Positions 38,501-47,869 of a stretch of 64,000 nt of DNA are shown here, one piece after another. The notes beneath the pieces were generated by a model. The model was not told the origin of the DNA and ran no database searches. It worked only from the letters and a program-made list of their open reading frames with translations. Position 1 is the stretch's first letter. Each line of letters begins with the position of its first letter. Source of the DNA: an uncultured bacterium. GTDB taxonomy: Bacteria; Bacillota_I; Bacilli_A; RFN20; CAG-826. Where the stretch lies: the NCBI GenBank assembly GCA_949297805.1, contig CASFTG010000003.1, positions 3,996-67,995 of the forward strand, in the 5' to 3' direction. The position numbers and the translations under genes were made by a program.

Positions 38501-39133
38501 ATGGAAAACAACGAAACCCCATATCAATTTAGAACGAGCCAAAAGATATACCTTCCTTTCAAAAGGTTCTGCGATATCTTCTGTTCTTTGATGGCCATCA
38601 TCTTGCTGAGTTGGTTGCTGATTATTGCCGCGATCATCACCAAATGCACCTCTAAGGGACCGGTCTTGTTCAAACAGAAACGGATCGGCAAGAACGAAAA
38701 ACTCTTCACCGTCTATAAATTCCGTTCGATGCGGATCGACGCCCCCCAAGTCGCCACCAGCGAATTAGCGGTCACCGAGCAAAAGGATTTGACCACCAAA
38801 TGGGGCCGGATCATGCGGAAGACGTCAATCGATGAACTTCCCCAGTTGTTCAATATCCTCTTTGGCCAGATGTCTTTTGTTGGGCCCCGCCCGGGCCAGG
38901 ATAAAGACCACGAGATGGAATTATATGTCGCTAGGCATAATTCCAACCCTTCGGCCTATATGGTCCGTCCCGGCTTATCCGGCATGGCCCAGATTTACAT
39001 GCACCGGGACCATGATCCGATCAAGAAGGCCGAATGGGATTCAAAGTATGTCCGTTCGGTCTCGGCTTGGACCGATATTAAGTTATTTGTCTTATCCTTC
39101 TTCGTCTTGTTCGGTTATGACGCCGGAAGGTAA
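38501..39133 (+). CDS. Priming sugar transferase (undecaprenyl-phosphate sugar-1-P transferase)
   Basis: 'KRFCDI', 'YKFRSM', 'RKTSIDELPQLFNIL.GQMSFVGPRP', 'RPGLSG'. Confidence 0.93.
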   Translation: MENNETPYQFRTSQKIYLPFKRFCDIFCSLMAIILLSWLLIIAAIITKCTSKGPVLFKQKRIGKNEKLFTVYKFRSMRIDAPQVATSELAVTEQKDLTTKWGRIMRKTSIDELPQLFNILFGQMSFVGPRPGQDKDHEMELYVARHNSNPSAYMVRPGLSGMAQIYMHRDHDPIKKAEWDSKYVRSVSAWTDIKLFVLSFFVLFGYDAGR

Positions 39134-39196
39134 TTCATTATCGAGCCCATTTGTTCTATAATCCCCTCGTCACCAAGAAAGGAAGCAAATATCACT

Positions 39197-39904
39197 ATGG
39201 TCAAATTAGTCTTGCTCCGGCATGGCCAGTCCGAATGGAACCTCAAGAACCTTTTCACCGGCTGGACCGATGTCGAGTTGTCGGAAACCGGCGTTAAGGA
39301 AGCCCATGAGGCCGGCAGAGCCCTCAAAGCGAACGGCTATAGCTTCGACATCGCCTTCTCCTCAGTTCTCAAAAGAGCCAACCACACGATGGATTACGCC
39401 TTGGAGGAAATGGGCGAAACCAATATCCCGAAGTATTATTCCTGGAGATTGAACGAACGCCATTACGGGGCCTTGCAGGGGCTCAACAAAGCCGAATCGG
39501 CCAAGAAGTGGGGCGATGAGCAGGTCCACATCTGGCGTCGTTCGGCCGATGTCCCGCCTCTAGCCTTGACGGAGGATGATGAGCGGTGGCCGGGCAACCA
39601 GGAGACTTATAAGAAACTCATCGAGGCCGGGGAGATGACGATCGAGGATTGCCCCCTCACCGAATGCCTAATCGACACCGCCAAGCGGGTCAAACCCTAT
39701 TGGGATGAGAAAATCGCCCCCGAGATCAAAGAGGGCAAGAAGGTCTTGATCGCCGCCCACGGCAACTCGCTTCGGGCCATCGTCATGATGCTGGAACACC
39801 TCACCCCAGAGCAGATCATCTCGGTCGAGATCCCGACTGGCAAGCCGCTGGTGTATGAACTCGACGAGAAGACCCTCAAGGTCCTTAACAAGTACTATCT
39901 CTAA
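39197..39904 (+). CDS. gpmA: 2,3-bisphosphoglycerate-dependent phosphoglycerate mutase
   Basis: '[17 protein letters not shown]', '[11 protein letters not shown]', 'AHGNSLR'. Confidence 0.97.
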   Translation: MVKLVLLRHGQSEWNLKNLFTGWTDVELSETGVKEAHEAGRALKANGYSFDIAFSSVLKRANHTMDYALEEMGETNIPKYYSWRLNERHYGALQGLNKAESAKKWGDEQVHIWRRSADVPPLALTEDDERWPGNQETYKKLIEAGEMTIEDCPLTECLIDTAKRVKPYWDEKIAPEIKEGKKVLIAAHGNSLRAIVMMLEHLTPEQIISVEIPTGKPLVYELDEKTLKVLNKYYL

Positions 39905-39925
39905 TTCGAGTAACCTCCAACATTT

Positions 39926-39954
39926 GGATGGGCATTGTCCCATCCTTTTGTTTT
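39926..39954 (+). terminator. Rho-independent terminator after gpmA
   Basis: GGATGGG-loop-CCCATCC followed by TTTTGTTTT. Confidence 0.75.
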
Positions 39955-39965
39955 AAAATAAGCGC

Positions 39966-40883
39966 ATGGATGAGAAGAAAAGGCTGATCGATATCCTGCT
40001 CGATCCCGGCTGGGTCGGCTCGTTGCTTTCCTTTTCTTTCGTCGCCGCCTTCGCCTTGGGGATTTATTTCAATTACGCCTATTACGGCCATATCGCCGTT
40101 TATGTCGCTTTGGCGATACTGGATTTATTCTCTTTCGCCTATTTAGTCTATCTGATCGTCATCTTCTGCATAAGGATATACAAAGGGCATGTCTTTCCTT
40201 GGCTATATGGCCATAAGCTCACTAAGCCATTGGTGACTAACTACGCTTTGCAATCGGCGGTTTCGGCGATCATATCGGTCGCCATCAACGTCGGGTTCGC
40301 CATCTTCAACTTGGTCATCGCCATCCTCAATTCCTCGATATGGTACGGGGCCTTCGCCGCCTATTACTTTGTCTTGATTGCCCTGCGGACGAGCATCGTC
40401 GGCTCGTATTATCGATCGGCGAGGAAGCATTGGTTCGACAAAAAGGCCTTGGAATTATCGAAAAAGAAAATATCGCTGGCCAATGGATGCTTCCTTTTCC
40501 TAATGGAGGCCTCGATGGCTTTCCTCATTGGCCATATGGTCGTCGATACCCCGCCGGTGGTCCAGTCGGTGGCCTTCGCGGTGGTCAACGCCATCTACGC
40601 TTTGTATAAGCTGATCGTCGCCATCGTCAACACGGTGATATCGCGCTTAAGCGGGGATCCGATCGGGAAATCGCTCAAAGACATCTCGTTAGCTGATACC
40701 TGCATGTCGCTTATGAGCTTGACGGTGGTCATGATCTCGACCTTTTCCGCCGATAGCCATACCCTCGTCAAGGCGATCGTCGGCTTCGGGGCTTGCTTAG
40801 TGGTCGGCCTCCTCTGCGTCATGACCATCATCCGGGAAGCGGTGGGGATATACCGCTTCAACCATCAACCTAAGAACGGATGA
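39966..40883 (+). CDS. Multi-pass membrane protein of unknown function
   Basis: About 8 hydrophobic segments; TAAAAT 6 nt upstream of the ATG. Confidence 0.75.
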   Translation: MDEKKRLIDILLDPGWVGSLLSFSFVAAFALGIYFNYAYYGHIAVYVALAILDLFSFAYLVYLIVIFCIRIYKGHVFPWLYGHKLTKPLVTNYALQSAVSAIISVAINVGFAIFNLVIAILNSSIWYGAFAAYYFVLIALRTSIVGSYYRSARKHWFDKKALELSKKKISLANGCFLFLMEASMAFLIGHMVVDTPPVVQSVAFAVVNAIYALYKLIVAIVNTVISRLSGDPIGKSLKDISLADTCMSLMSLTVVMISTFSADSHTLVKAIVGFGACLVVGLLCVMTIIREAVGIYRFNHQPKNG

Positions 40884-42061
40884 TCGAGGTGGATGACGAA
40901 GTTATGCTTGATCGGCTCGTCTTTGAAGCCGTTCGATAAGGCTTGCTTAATGGTCGATAGGTCGGCTTTCTTATCCTCATAAGGGACCACCACGTCGAAT
41001 AAGACGTTGATGTGGCTCGGCCCTTTGACCAGGCGGAAGTCATGGATCGACAAGGAAGAGTCGAAATCGCGGAGTATCGCGAGGCACTTGGCTTTGGCTT
41101 TGTCGGTTTCCTCGTCGTTTAAGACCACTGGGTCCATATGGATGGTGATCTCAACCCCAAAACGCTCCCGGACCTCTTCTTCGATGTTATCGATGTGGTC
41201 ATGGATATCGACGATGTCCTCGTGGCTATCGACCTCAGCATGAAGGGAGATGAACATCTTATTCGGCCCATAGGAATGGCAGATGACATCATGGACCCCT
41301 TTGATTTCCGGATGGGCCATGACGGCATCGATGATCTTCTTGGCATAGCCCTTATCGGTCGCTTCGCCGATTAAAGGAGACGAGGTCTCTTTGACCATCT
41401 TGATGCCCGAGACGGCGATGACGACCGATAGGGCAATGCCTAAATAGCCGTCTAAGAAGCCAAGCGGATAGAACAAAGAAATAAGGGCTAAGATGGCGAT
41501 GACGCCAGTTGAGATCGAATCGGTGAAGGAATCGGTCGCGGTGGCTTTTAGACTGGGGGAATCGATGGCTTTGCCTAAGCCTAAGTTCACATAGCCTTGG
41601 AATATCTTTAAGAACACCGAGACGACCATGACGATGACGGCGAAGAGGTCATAGATGGCTTCTTCTTGGTTGATGATCTTCTCAACCGAGGTCATCAATA
41701 ATTCTAAGCCGGCGGCGATGACGAAGACGGCGACCACTAAGCCGGCGATGTATTCGATTCTTTGATGGCCAAAGGGATGGTCGGCGTCAGCCGGTTTCTG
41801 GCTGAGTTTGAACCCGACTAAGGTGATGATTGAGGAGGCGGCGTCGGAGATGTTATTGACCGCATCGCCGATTAAAGCCATTGAGAAGATCCAGTGGTTA
41901 TTGGCGGCTGAGACGAAAGCGGCCGTCAGCTTTAGGGTGATGAGGAGGCAATTGGTGATGATCCCGAAGATGCCGCCTAGGCGTCCATGGGCGTATCGGA
42001 CTTCCTCGTTATCGACTTGATCGTAATGCTTGATGAATAGTTTTCTTAATAGGGTGACCAT
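40865..42061 (-). CDS. Cation diffusion facilitator (CDF) family transporter
   Basis: 'DAVNNISD', 'KPADADHPFGHQRIEY', 'DSFTD', 'HSYGP', 'IHMDP'. Confidence 0.93.
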   Translation of the reverse strand: MVTLLRKLFIKHYDQVDNEEVRYAHGRLGGIFGIITNCLLITLKLTAAFVSAANNHWIFSMALIGDAVNNISDAASSIITLVGFKLSQKPADADHPFGHQRIEYIAGLVVAVFVIAAGLELLMTSVEKIINQEEAIYDLFAVIVMVVSVFLKIFQGYVNLGLGKAIDSPSLKATATDSFTDSISTGVIAILALISLFYPLGFLDGYLGIALSVVIAVSGIKMVKETSSPLIGEATDKGYAKKIIDAVMAHPEIKGVHDVICHSYGPNKMFISLHAEVDSHEDIVDIHDHIDNIEEEVRERFGVEITIHMDPVVLNDEETDKAKAKCLAILRDFDSSLSIHDFRLVKGPSHINVLFDVVVPYEDKKADLSTIKQALSNGFKDEPIKHNFVIHLDHPFLG

Positions 42062-42135
42062 AACGGGTAAAAGGTATAGCACTGTAACGGGAGGATTTCC
42101 ACTAGGCTAAAGAAGATGGGATAATAGGGCCACCC

Positions 42136-43341
42136 ATGGGAAGCAACGTTAAGCATATCGTCGTGGTCGGAGCCGGGTATGTCGGCTTGGCCAATGCTTT
42201 GATCCTCTCTCGCCATAATGAGGTCACCTTGGTCGATATCGATGCCGGAAGGATATCGGTATTAAAGCAAGGCCATTCCCCGATTGAGGAAGAGGATATC
42301 GAGGAGTATCTACCTTCCTCTAATTTGCGTTTCTCTTTGGTTGACCCGGAAGCTTATAAGTCGGCTGATATCGTCTTGATTGCCGTCCCGACTAATTACG
42401 ATCCATCCCTCCATCATTTCGATACTAAGAACGTCGATGGGGTCATCGAGGAGGTTATAGCGGTTAATCCTTTGGCCCGGATCGTCATCAAGTCGACCGT
42501 CCCGGTCGGCTATACCTTCGCCAAGGCTAAGCAATATCCTTCTTCTGAGATCTATTTCTCCCCTGAGTTCTTGCGGGAAGGGAAAGCCTTATACGATAAC
42601 CTCCATCCCTCCCGGATCATCGTTGGGGTCACCAGCCGAGACAATGAACGGTTAGCCTTCGCCGATGAGTTTGTCAATTTGTTAAAGGCGGGCTCGGATG
42701 AAGAAGAGGTCGCTTCCTTCGTCATGGGCTCCTCGGAGGCCGAAGCGGTTAAGCTATTCGCCAATACCTATTTGGCCTTGCGGATCGCTTACTTCAATGA
42801 GCTCGATTCCTATGCCGAGACCCAAGGGCTTAATACGAAAGAGATTATTGAGGGGGTCAGCTACGATCCGCGGATTGGGGATTACTACAACAATCCTTCG
42901 TTCGGCTACGGGGGTTATTGCTTGCCTAAGGATACTAAACAGCTTAAAGCTAACTTCGCTTCTGTCCCCAATAACCTCATCGGGGCCATCATCGAGTCGA
43001 ATAAGACCCGGAAGGATTTCATCGCCGAGCAGATAGCCAAGAAGGTTCAGGGAATTGATGATCCTCTTGTTGGGGCGTACCGCTTAACGATGAAAAGCCA
43101 TTCCGATAACTTCCGGGAGTCCTCGGTCTTGGGGATCATCGAGCGGCTGAAGAGCAAGCATATCCGCCTGGTTATTTACGAACCGTTGCTCAAAGATAAG
43201 GAATTTGAAGGGATAACGGTCATCAATGACCTAAATGAGTTCAAATCCCAATGCGATTTGGTCATTTGCAACCGAATGGATGAGGATTTGCAGGATATTT
43301 CCCATAAAGTCTATACACGGGATTTGTATCTGAGGGATTGA
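42136..43341 (+). CDS. ugd: UDP-glucose 6-dehydrogenase
   Basis: 'GAGYVG', 'KSTVPVG', 'SPEFLREG', 'GYGGYCLPKD', 'SDNFRES'. Confidence 0.95.
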   Translation: MGSNVKHIVVVGAGYVGLANALILSRHNEVTLVDIDAGRISVLKQGHSPIEEEDIEEYLPSSNLRFSLVDPEAYKSADIVLIAVPTNYDPSLHHFDTKNVDGVIEEVIAVNPLARIVIKSTVPVGYTFAKAKQYPSSEIYFSPEFLREGKALYDNLHPSRIIVGVTSRDNERLAFADEFVNLLKAGSDEEEVASFVMGSSEAEAVKLFANTYLALRIAYFNELDSYAETQGLNTKEIIEGVSYDPRIGDYYNNPSFGYGGYCLPKDTKQLKANFASVPNNLIGAIIESNKTRKDFIAEQIAKKVQGIDDPLVGAYRLTMKSHSDNFRESSVLGIIERLKSKHIRLVIYEPLLKDKEFEGITVINDLNEFKSQCDLVICNRMDEDLQDISHKVYTRDLYLRD

Positions 43342-43388
43342 TTTCCCGTCTTTGTTTTGCAGGTTTTTTCCGTTATTAGGTTGCGTTT

Positions 43389-43424
43389 TGCCACAAGCTG
43401 CTACAAATGCTACAAGCTGCTACA
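43389..43424. repeat. Four TGC(T/C)ACA direct repeats at 9-10 bp spacing
   Basis: TGCCACA at 43389; TGCTACA at 43399, 43408 and 43418. Confidence 0.75.
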
Positions 43425-43440
43425 GCGTAATCTTATTTGC

Positions 43441-43552
43441 TTAATTCAGCATGCCGACCTTATTCACGGAGAGCTCAAGCAAGGCTCGATCGCGGTTCCC
43501 AGCCAAGGGGATGTCCTAAGCAACTATTTGGGGACGCCGTCCAAATAATCGC
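43441..43552 (-). pseudogene. Internal fragment of a decayed AAA_14-DUF4143 paralog
   Basis: Reads IPLAGNRDRALLELSVNKVGMLN*, versus IPLTRNHDRALLKLFANDVGLLS at 44111-44175 in the adjacent gene; similarity is also visible at DNA level. Confidence 0.8.
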
Positions 43553-43628
43553 GTTTAAGGCAGAATGGGCGTTGGCCACATAGAAAGCGAATCCTTCGGC
43601 GTGTAGCCGGAATTTCTAGGAATAGAAC

Positions 43629-43690
43629 ACCTAGGATTACTGCAACAAAATACCTAGGATTACCGCAACGGAAGACCTGGATTTAGCGAA
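43629..43690. repeat. 23-bp-period degenerate repeat array (ACCTAGGATTAC core, 3 copies)
   Basis: Copies start at 43629, 43652 and 43675. Confidence 0.8.
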
Positions 43691-43752
43691 ATGATACATT
43701 TCACCGTCTCATTTTCTAAAGAAGGCGTGAAGGTCCATCGATGGGTTTTTGG

Positions 43753-45075
43753 CTAATTCAGCAAGCCGGCTAGATAGACCGGGAGATACAGGACCGATCC
43801 TTTCTCCTTGATATTCGCGGTGCTGAGGACGATGGCTTGTTTGATACCATAGTCCTGACTATCTAATAGATTGCATAGGGCCACGTGGCGGGCATAGTCC
43901 TTGCCGGATTTGACCTCGATTGGGATGACCTCGCCATTGTGCTCGAGGAGGAAATCGACTTCCCCTCTGGTCTTGTCGTTGTAGTAATAACCGCCCTTAC
44001 CCTTATTCAGCTCTTGGGCGACGAAGTTCTCGAAGATGGCCCCATAGTTGATGCTTTTCTCTTTCTTTAACAGTTTCGTCCGGGTCCCGGTGGAGGAGAG
44101 CATATATGAAAGCAAGCCGACGTCATTGGCGAAGAGCTTAAGCAAGGCCCGGTCATGGTTTCGGGTCAAGGGGATGGTGGGGGAGACGGCGTTGTAGATG
44201 GGGACGGCGATCTCGGCCTCATTCAGCCAGTCGACGTAGTCCCCAAGCCGCCTTTGCCCAGAACGGGATAAGGGCAAGGAGTTTAGGTTATAGCGCTTGT
44301 TCTTCTTATCGATTTCCGAGGCTAAGTTGGCATAGCAGCTGATGATGCCGACTTTGTCTTCGTTCGGGGCATAACGGGCCATGTCTCCAAAATACCCATT
44401 TATGATGTCGTGCTGAAGGCTGCTGACCTCGGCTAAGGAATGATTGGCCATATAAGAGGAGACGGCTTTGGGGGTGCCGCCGATGACGAGGTATTCATAA
44501 AGGTAATTCAAAAGCAGTTGATGGATCGGCTCGTCGATGGGCTGGCGAGTTGCGATGTTCTCCCGGAAGGATTCGAATAAGGAACGGTCAAATCCTTTGG
44601 CCAGGCAATATTCCTCAAAGTTTAAAGGGCCAAGATGAAACTCGGTTAGGTATCCGACGGGATAGGAGGCGATCTTTTGAAGAGCCACCCCCAAAGCCGA
44701 ACCGGACAGGATATAGGAGTAACGGCCATCGATGGCTAGAGCTTTAATCATGGTTAGGATGTCGAAGTCCTGGTAATCCTGGATCTCGTCGATGAAGATG
44801 AGGGTCTCGCCGGGAAGCAGGGGCGCATCGGCGCTAGCCTGCAGCCGTTGGAAAAAGGTTTCTTTTGAATGGCAGCCTTCGAAGATGGCGGCCCGTTCAG
44901 GATCGAGGATCCGGTTGTATTCGATGAAAGACTTAAAGCATTGCTTACCGATTTTCTCGATGGTGTGGGTCTTGCCGGTTTGGCGGGCCCCTTTAAGCAA
45001 GGCTGGCTTGCCTTTATTCTGGGCCCAGGCCCGGAGGTCGTCTTCGATAAGACGGGTCAATTCTTGGCGTTCCAT
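43753..45075 (-). CDS. AAA_14 ATPase with C-terminal DUF4143 (PD-(D/E)XK-like) domain
   Basis: 'LKGARQTGKT', 'FIDEIQ', 'SGS', 'GGTP', 'FENFVAQEL', 'EVDFL..IPIEVKSG'. Confidence 0.9.
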   Translation of the reverse strand: MERQELTRLIEDDLRAWAQNKGKPALLKGARQTGKTHTIEKIGKQCFKSFIEYNRILDPERAAIFEGCHSKETFFQRLQASADAPLLPGETLIFIDEIQDYQDFDILTMIKALAIDGRYSYILSGSALGVALQKIASYPVGYLTEFHLGPLNFEEYCLAKGFDRSLFESFRENIATRQPIDEPIHQLLLNYLYEYLVIGGTPKAVSSYMANHSLAEVSSLQHDIINGYFGDMARYAPNEDKVGIISCYANLASEIDKKNKRYNLNSLPLSRSGQRRLGDYVDWLNEAEIAVPIYNAVSPTIPLTRNHDRALLKLFANDVGLLSYMLSSTGTRTKLLKKEKSINYGAIFENFVAQELNKGKGGYYYNDKTRGEVDFLLEHNGEVIPIEVKSGKDYARHVALCNLLDSQDYGIKQAIVLSTANIKEKGSVLYLPVYLAGLLN

Positions 45076-45093
45076 GCCCATATATTACATTCA

Positions 45094-45170
45094 AAAGTTG
45101 GAAAAATGCAAACACCTGTCACTTTTCCAATTGTAAAAATGTCATTTCCGGTCGCTTTTCCAACTAAAAT
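45094..45170. repeat. 33-bp-spaced direct repeats plus an inverted copy upstream of the AAA_14-DUF4143 gene
   Basis: GTCACTTTTCCAA at 45118 and GTCGCTTTTCCAA at 45151; inverted AAGTTGGAAAAATG at 45095 overlaps the putative -35. Confidence 0.75.
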
Positions 45171-45175
45171 TCCAT

Positions 45176-45654
45176 TCAACCGTAGATTTTGATGTCGGTT
45201 TTCAATATTTCCTTAGTCAACTCGAAACTGGGCAAGACCTCTTCATCCCGGAGGACGTCGACCCGTTTATGGAGCGTTTGCCGTATCCGTTCCATCAATC
45301 CGGTGAGTCCAAACCCTTTTAGGGAAGAGGAGACATAGAGGTCGACGTCGCTGTCGGGCTGGGCGTTCCCTTTGGCATGGCTGCCAAATAGCCAGCAGAA
45401 GTTTATTTGGCTTGGGTACTCCTCATTGAATAGCTTGTTTAAGCGGGCCTTAATCTCCTCGATGGCCCAAAGCCCTTTCTCTTCGGTGGTCTCGCAATGG
45501 TTCTTTGGTTTTCTGATGTAGGCTTCTCTTTTGATCGAGCTCCCATAATGGTCTTTGGTTTCATAACGGCGATAGGTTTTTAGAGGAATCTCGATGATGG
45601 CTGAGGCTGCATTTTGGTGAGCCGGTATTTGTTACGAGTTTCTAATAATGTCAT
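45176..45654 (-). pseudogene. XRE-HTH + minimal nucleotidyltransferase (MNT antitoxin-like) gene with a 1-bp frameshift
   Basis: MTLLETRNKYRLT / NAASAIIEIPLKTYRRYE...FCWLFGSHAKGNAQPDSDVDLYV...IKIYG*; 479 nt long (3n-1); not in the ORF track. Confidence 0.8.
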
Positions 45655-45768
45655 TGTTTAATTTCGAAGTTATAGTTTGTGTCCTCTAGAATCAATAAGG
45701 AAAGGACAAATTGGCCTATATCCTTATGATCAAGAGGACAAAAGGTTATCAACCTGCCCTTCCTTCAG

Positions 45769-45883
45769 AGTGTAGTCAGTGTAGTAAGTAGTGTAGTCGC
45801 AGTGTAGTCTTCCTACACTCGGACTACACTCTATACTAGAAAAACCGCTTATCATCGATGTTTAAGAGCGTTAAAACTACACT
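45769..45883. repeat. Iteron-like cluster: AGTGTAGT x4, then inverted (A/C)CTACACT x3
   Basis: Direct copies at 45769, 45778, 45790, 45801; inverted copies at 45812, 45823, 45876. Confidence 0.8.
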
Positions 45884-45990
45884 GTCATTATTCAGAACGC
45901 CGGATTGTTTGGCCTTGAAACGGGCGGTTAAATTGCCAGCGATGGTTTCGTTGTATAACCAAGGAAGTCGTGGATTGGCGTGCCACATTA

Positions 45991-46071
45991 GTTGCTTTAA
46001 CTTGTCGTTAGTTGCTCTAAGTTGCACTAATCGCCACAAAAGTTGCTCTAATTTGCTCTAACTTGCTTTAT
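45991..46071. repeat. 10-bp-period degenerate tandem repeats (NTTGCTYTAA)
   Basis: gttgctttaa cttgtcgtta gttgctctaa gttgcactaa ... gttgctctaa tttgctctaa cttgctttat. Confidence 0.75.
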
Positions 46072-46100
46072 TTCGTTGGGCTGGCGGTCTGCCTATCCTT

Positions 46101-46130
46101 GAAGAAAAGCCTTGCCCGTTACGGCAAGGC
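46101..46130 (-). terminator. Rho-independent terminator of the minus-strand lipoprotein gene
   Basis: Minus strand GCCTTGCC-gtaacg-GGCAAGGC-TTTTCTTC. Confidence 0.8.
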
Positions 46131-46143
46131 CGATTGCGACCAA

Positions 46144-47712
46144 TTACTTAACGTCGTAATTGACGGTCCGGGGCCAATTCGCGGTTACGAGGTAATCCCC
46201 AACGTCGAGATAGGTGACGGCGGTGTCGAAGGTGGTGTAGGACAAGGGGTTGGGGTTGCTGACCGCGATCTGGGCTTCGACTTTCTGATCGTTCCCGGTA
46301 TAGACCCCGAAGGCCCCGGGGCCAGCGGTGCTTTCATAGATGACGAGGACCCCGTCGATTCCAAAGCTATAGGACACGATTGAGTTGGCCTTATAACCGG
46401 ATCGGGTCTTGGTTTTGATTTCTCCGTTTATACATTGAATACCATGGAGGAGCCCATCCTCGCCGGTATACATAAGTGAGTTCTCGGTTCTGGATGGATA
46501 GACTTGCTCGGCTTGGTCTTGGTAGATCCGTTGGCCATCGTGGTCATAGACGGTGATCTTCGAGCCGGTGTAGTAATAGAAGCAATCCATCTTCTCGAGG
46601 TAACTGGCTTGGACGGGCAAGACGGCGATGGGATTGAGCTTATCGTCGAAGATGGTTCGGTTCGCTTGGCTGTAGTAATAGCCACCCGCCATTTCGACGA
46701 AGGAAGCGAAGAAGCTGCTCCCGAGCCCCCAGTCGATGATGTTTCCCTCCTTGTCGAGGATGACCGATTCCTCGGGATCGAGGGCCCGATGGTCGTTGAT
46801 CTTCTGAATGTTGGCCAAAGCGAGGTTTGGGTTGCCGTCGGCATCATTCAGCATCATCTGTTGGTTGCCAATCAAGTAGGGTAACTCGATGGTGGCATAA
46901 TCCCCTTCGAGCATATTCAAGGCATAGGACTCAAGGACGTATTTGACCCCGTTTTGGTAATAGGTGTAATCCCCTTCGTCTTCCGGGACGGCGTAGGATC
47001 GTTGGGCGAGGATGACCCCGCCGGCGATGAGGGTCGAGTCAGCGGTTAAGACGAAGGAGGGGAGGCGGAAGGAGGAGACGATGCCCCCGTCCTTATCGGC
47101 GACCATCCATAGCCCTTCGCCGTTGTAGATCCGGTAATCGGGCAAACCGACGATCTCCCCATCGCTGAATCCGCCTTGTGATTCGTCTTCCCTGGCTTCG
47201 CCGGAATAGGTTTTGGCGGGGGTGGAGGAAGTGTAGGTATATTCGACTTCGTTATTGCTCTGATCGAAGATCCGAAGCTGATTGTCTTCGGTTTCGAAGC
47301 TTGGGTTGACTTGTCCTGAATACCGGACCAATTCATTGCCGAAGCCATCATAGATGATGGTGCCGTTCACATCGCTGAGGGTGAGGAGGAAGCCGCAGAG
47401 GGAATGGGGGTAGACGGCATAGGAGTCGGGGTCTTCGTTATCGGCGATTTCTCGCTTGGCCAAAAGGGAGAAGAAACGGTAATTCTCGCCATCTTGATAA
47501 ACCTCAAGACCCGAGGTTTCGTTCAGTTTGACGAAATTGTCAAACCATAAGGGCCGGCTGACTGTGTTGACTTCAGCGGCTTCATAGGTCACTTGGGGCT
47601 CATCAACATTGGCTTTGATGATGGCGGCGAGGTCATCGCTAAAACCTAGGGGGTTGTTGGAGCAGGCGACTAAGGCGAGGAGGGGAAGAGCGAGGAGGAT
47701 CTTTTGCTTCAT
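46144..47712 (-). CDS. Lipoprotein of unknown function (beta-rich)
   Basis: Lipobox LALVAC; GAGG and TATAAT upstream; own terminator. Confidence 0.8.
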   Translation of the reverse strand: MKQKILLALPLLALVACSNNPLGFSDDLAAIIKANVDEPQVTYEAAEVNTVSRPLWFDNFVKLNETSGLEVYQDGENYRFFSLLAKREIADNEDPDSYAVYPHSLCGFLLTLSDVNGTIIYDGFGNELVRYSGQVNPSFETEDNQLRIFDQSNNEVEYTYTSSTPAKTYSGEAREDESQGGFSDGEIVGLPDYRIYNGEGLWMVADKDGGIVSSFRLPSFVLTADSTLIAGGVILAQRSYAVPEDEGDYTYYQNGVKYVLESYALNMLEGDYATIELPYLIGNQQMMLNDADGNPNLALANIQKINDHRALDPEESVILDKEGNIIDWGLGSSFFASFVEMAGGYYYSQANRTIFDDKLNPIAVLPVQASYLEKMDCFYYYTGSKITVYDHDGQRIYQDQAEQVYPSRTENSLMYTGEDGLLHGIQCINGEIKTKTRSGYKANSIVSYSFGIDGVLVIYESTAGPGAFGVYTGNDQKVEAQIAVSNPNPLSYTTFDTAVTYLDVGDYLVTANWPRTVNYDVK

Positions 47713-47869
47713 AATGGTTGCCTCTATTGGGGGTTAAGCCCGGTTTAAAGATATTATAACCGAAGCAAGGGTTATCCTCTATTGCCGGTTTCGCTTGCAA
47801 TCGGCGGATTATCCCCCATAATGAGCCGCTGCTTTATAAGCAGCCCCTTCTTGGAGTATCATTCGCTAG

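Noticed and set aside
43357..43548. 63-aa plus-strand ORF with 'CYKCYK'
   Set aside because: The pattern comes from the TGCTACA DNA repeats, and the rest is antisense to the DUF4143 fragment
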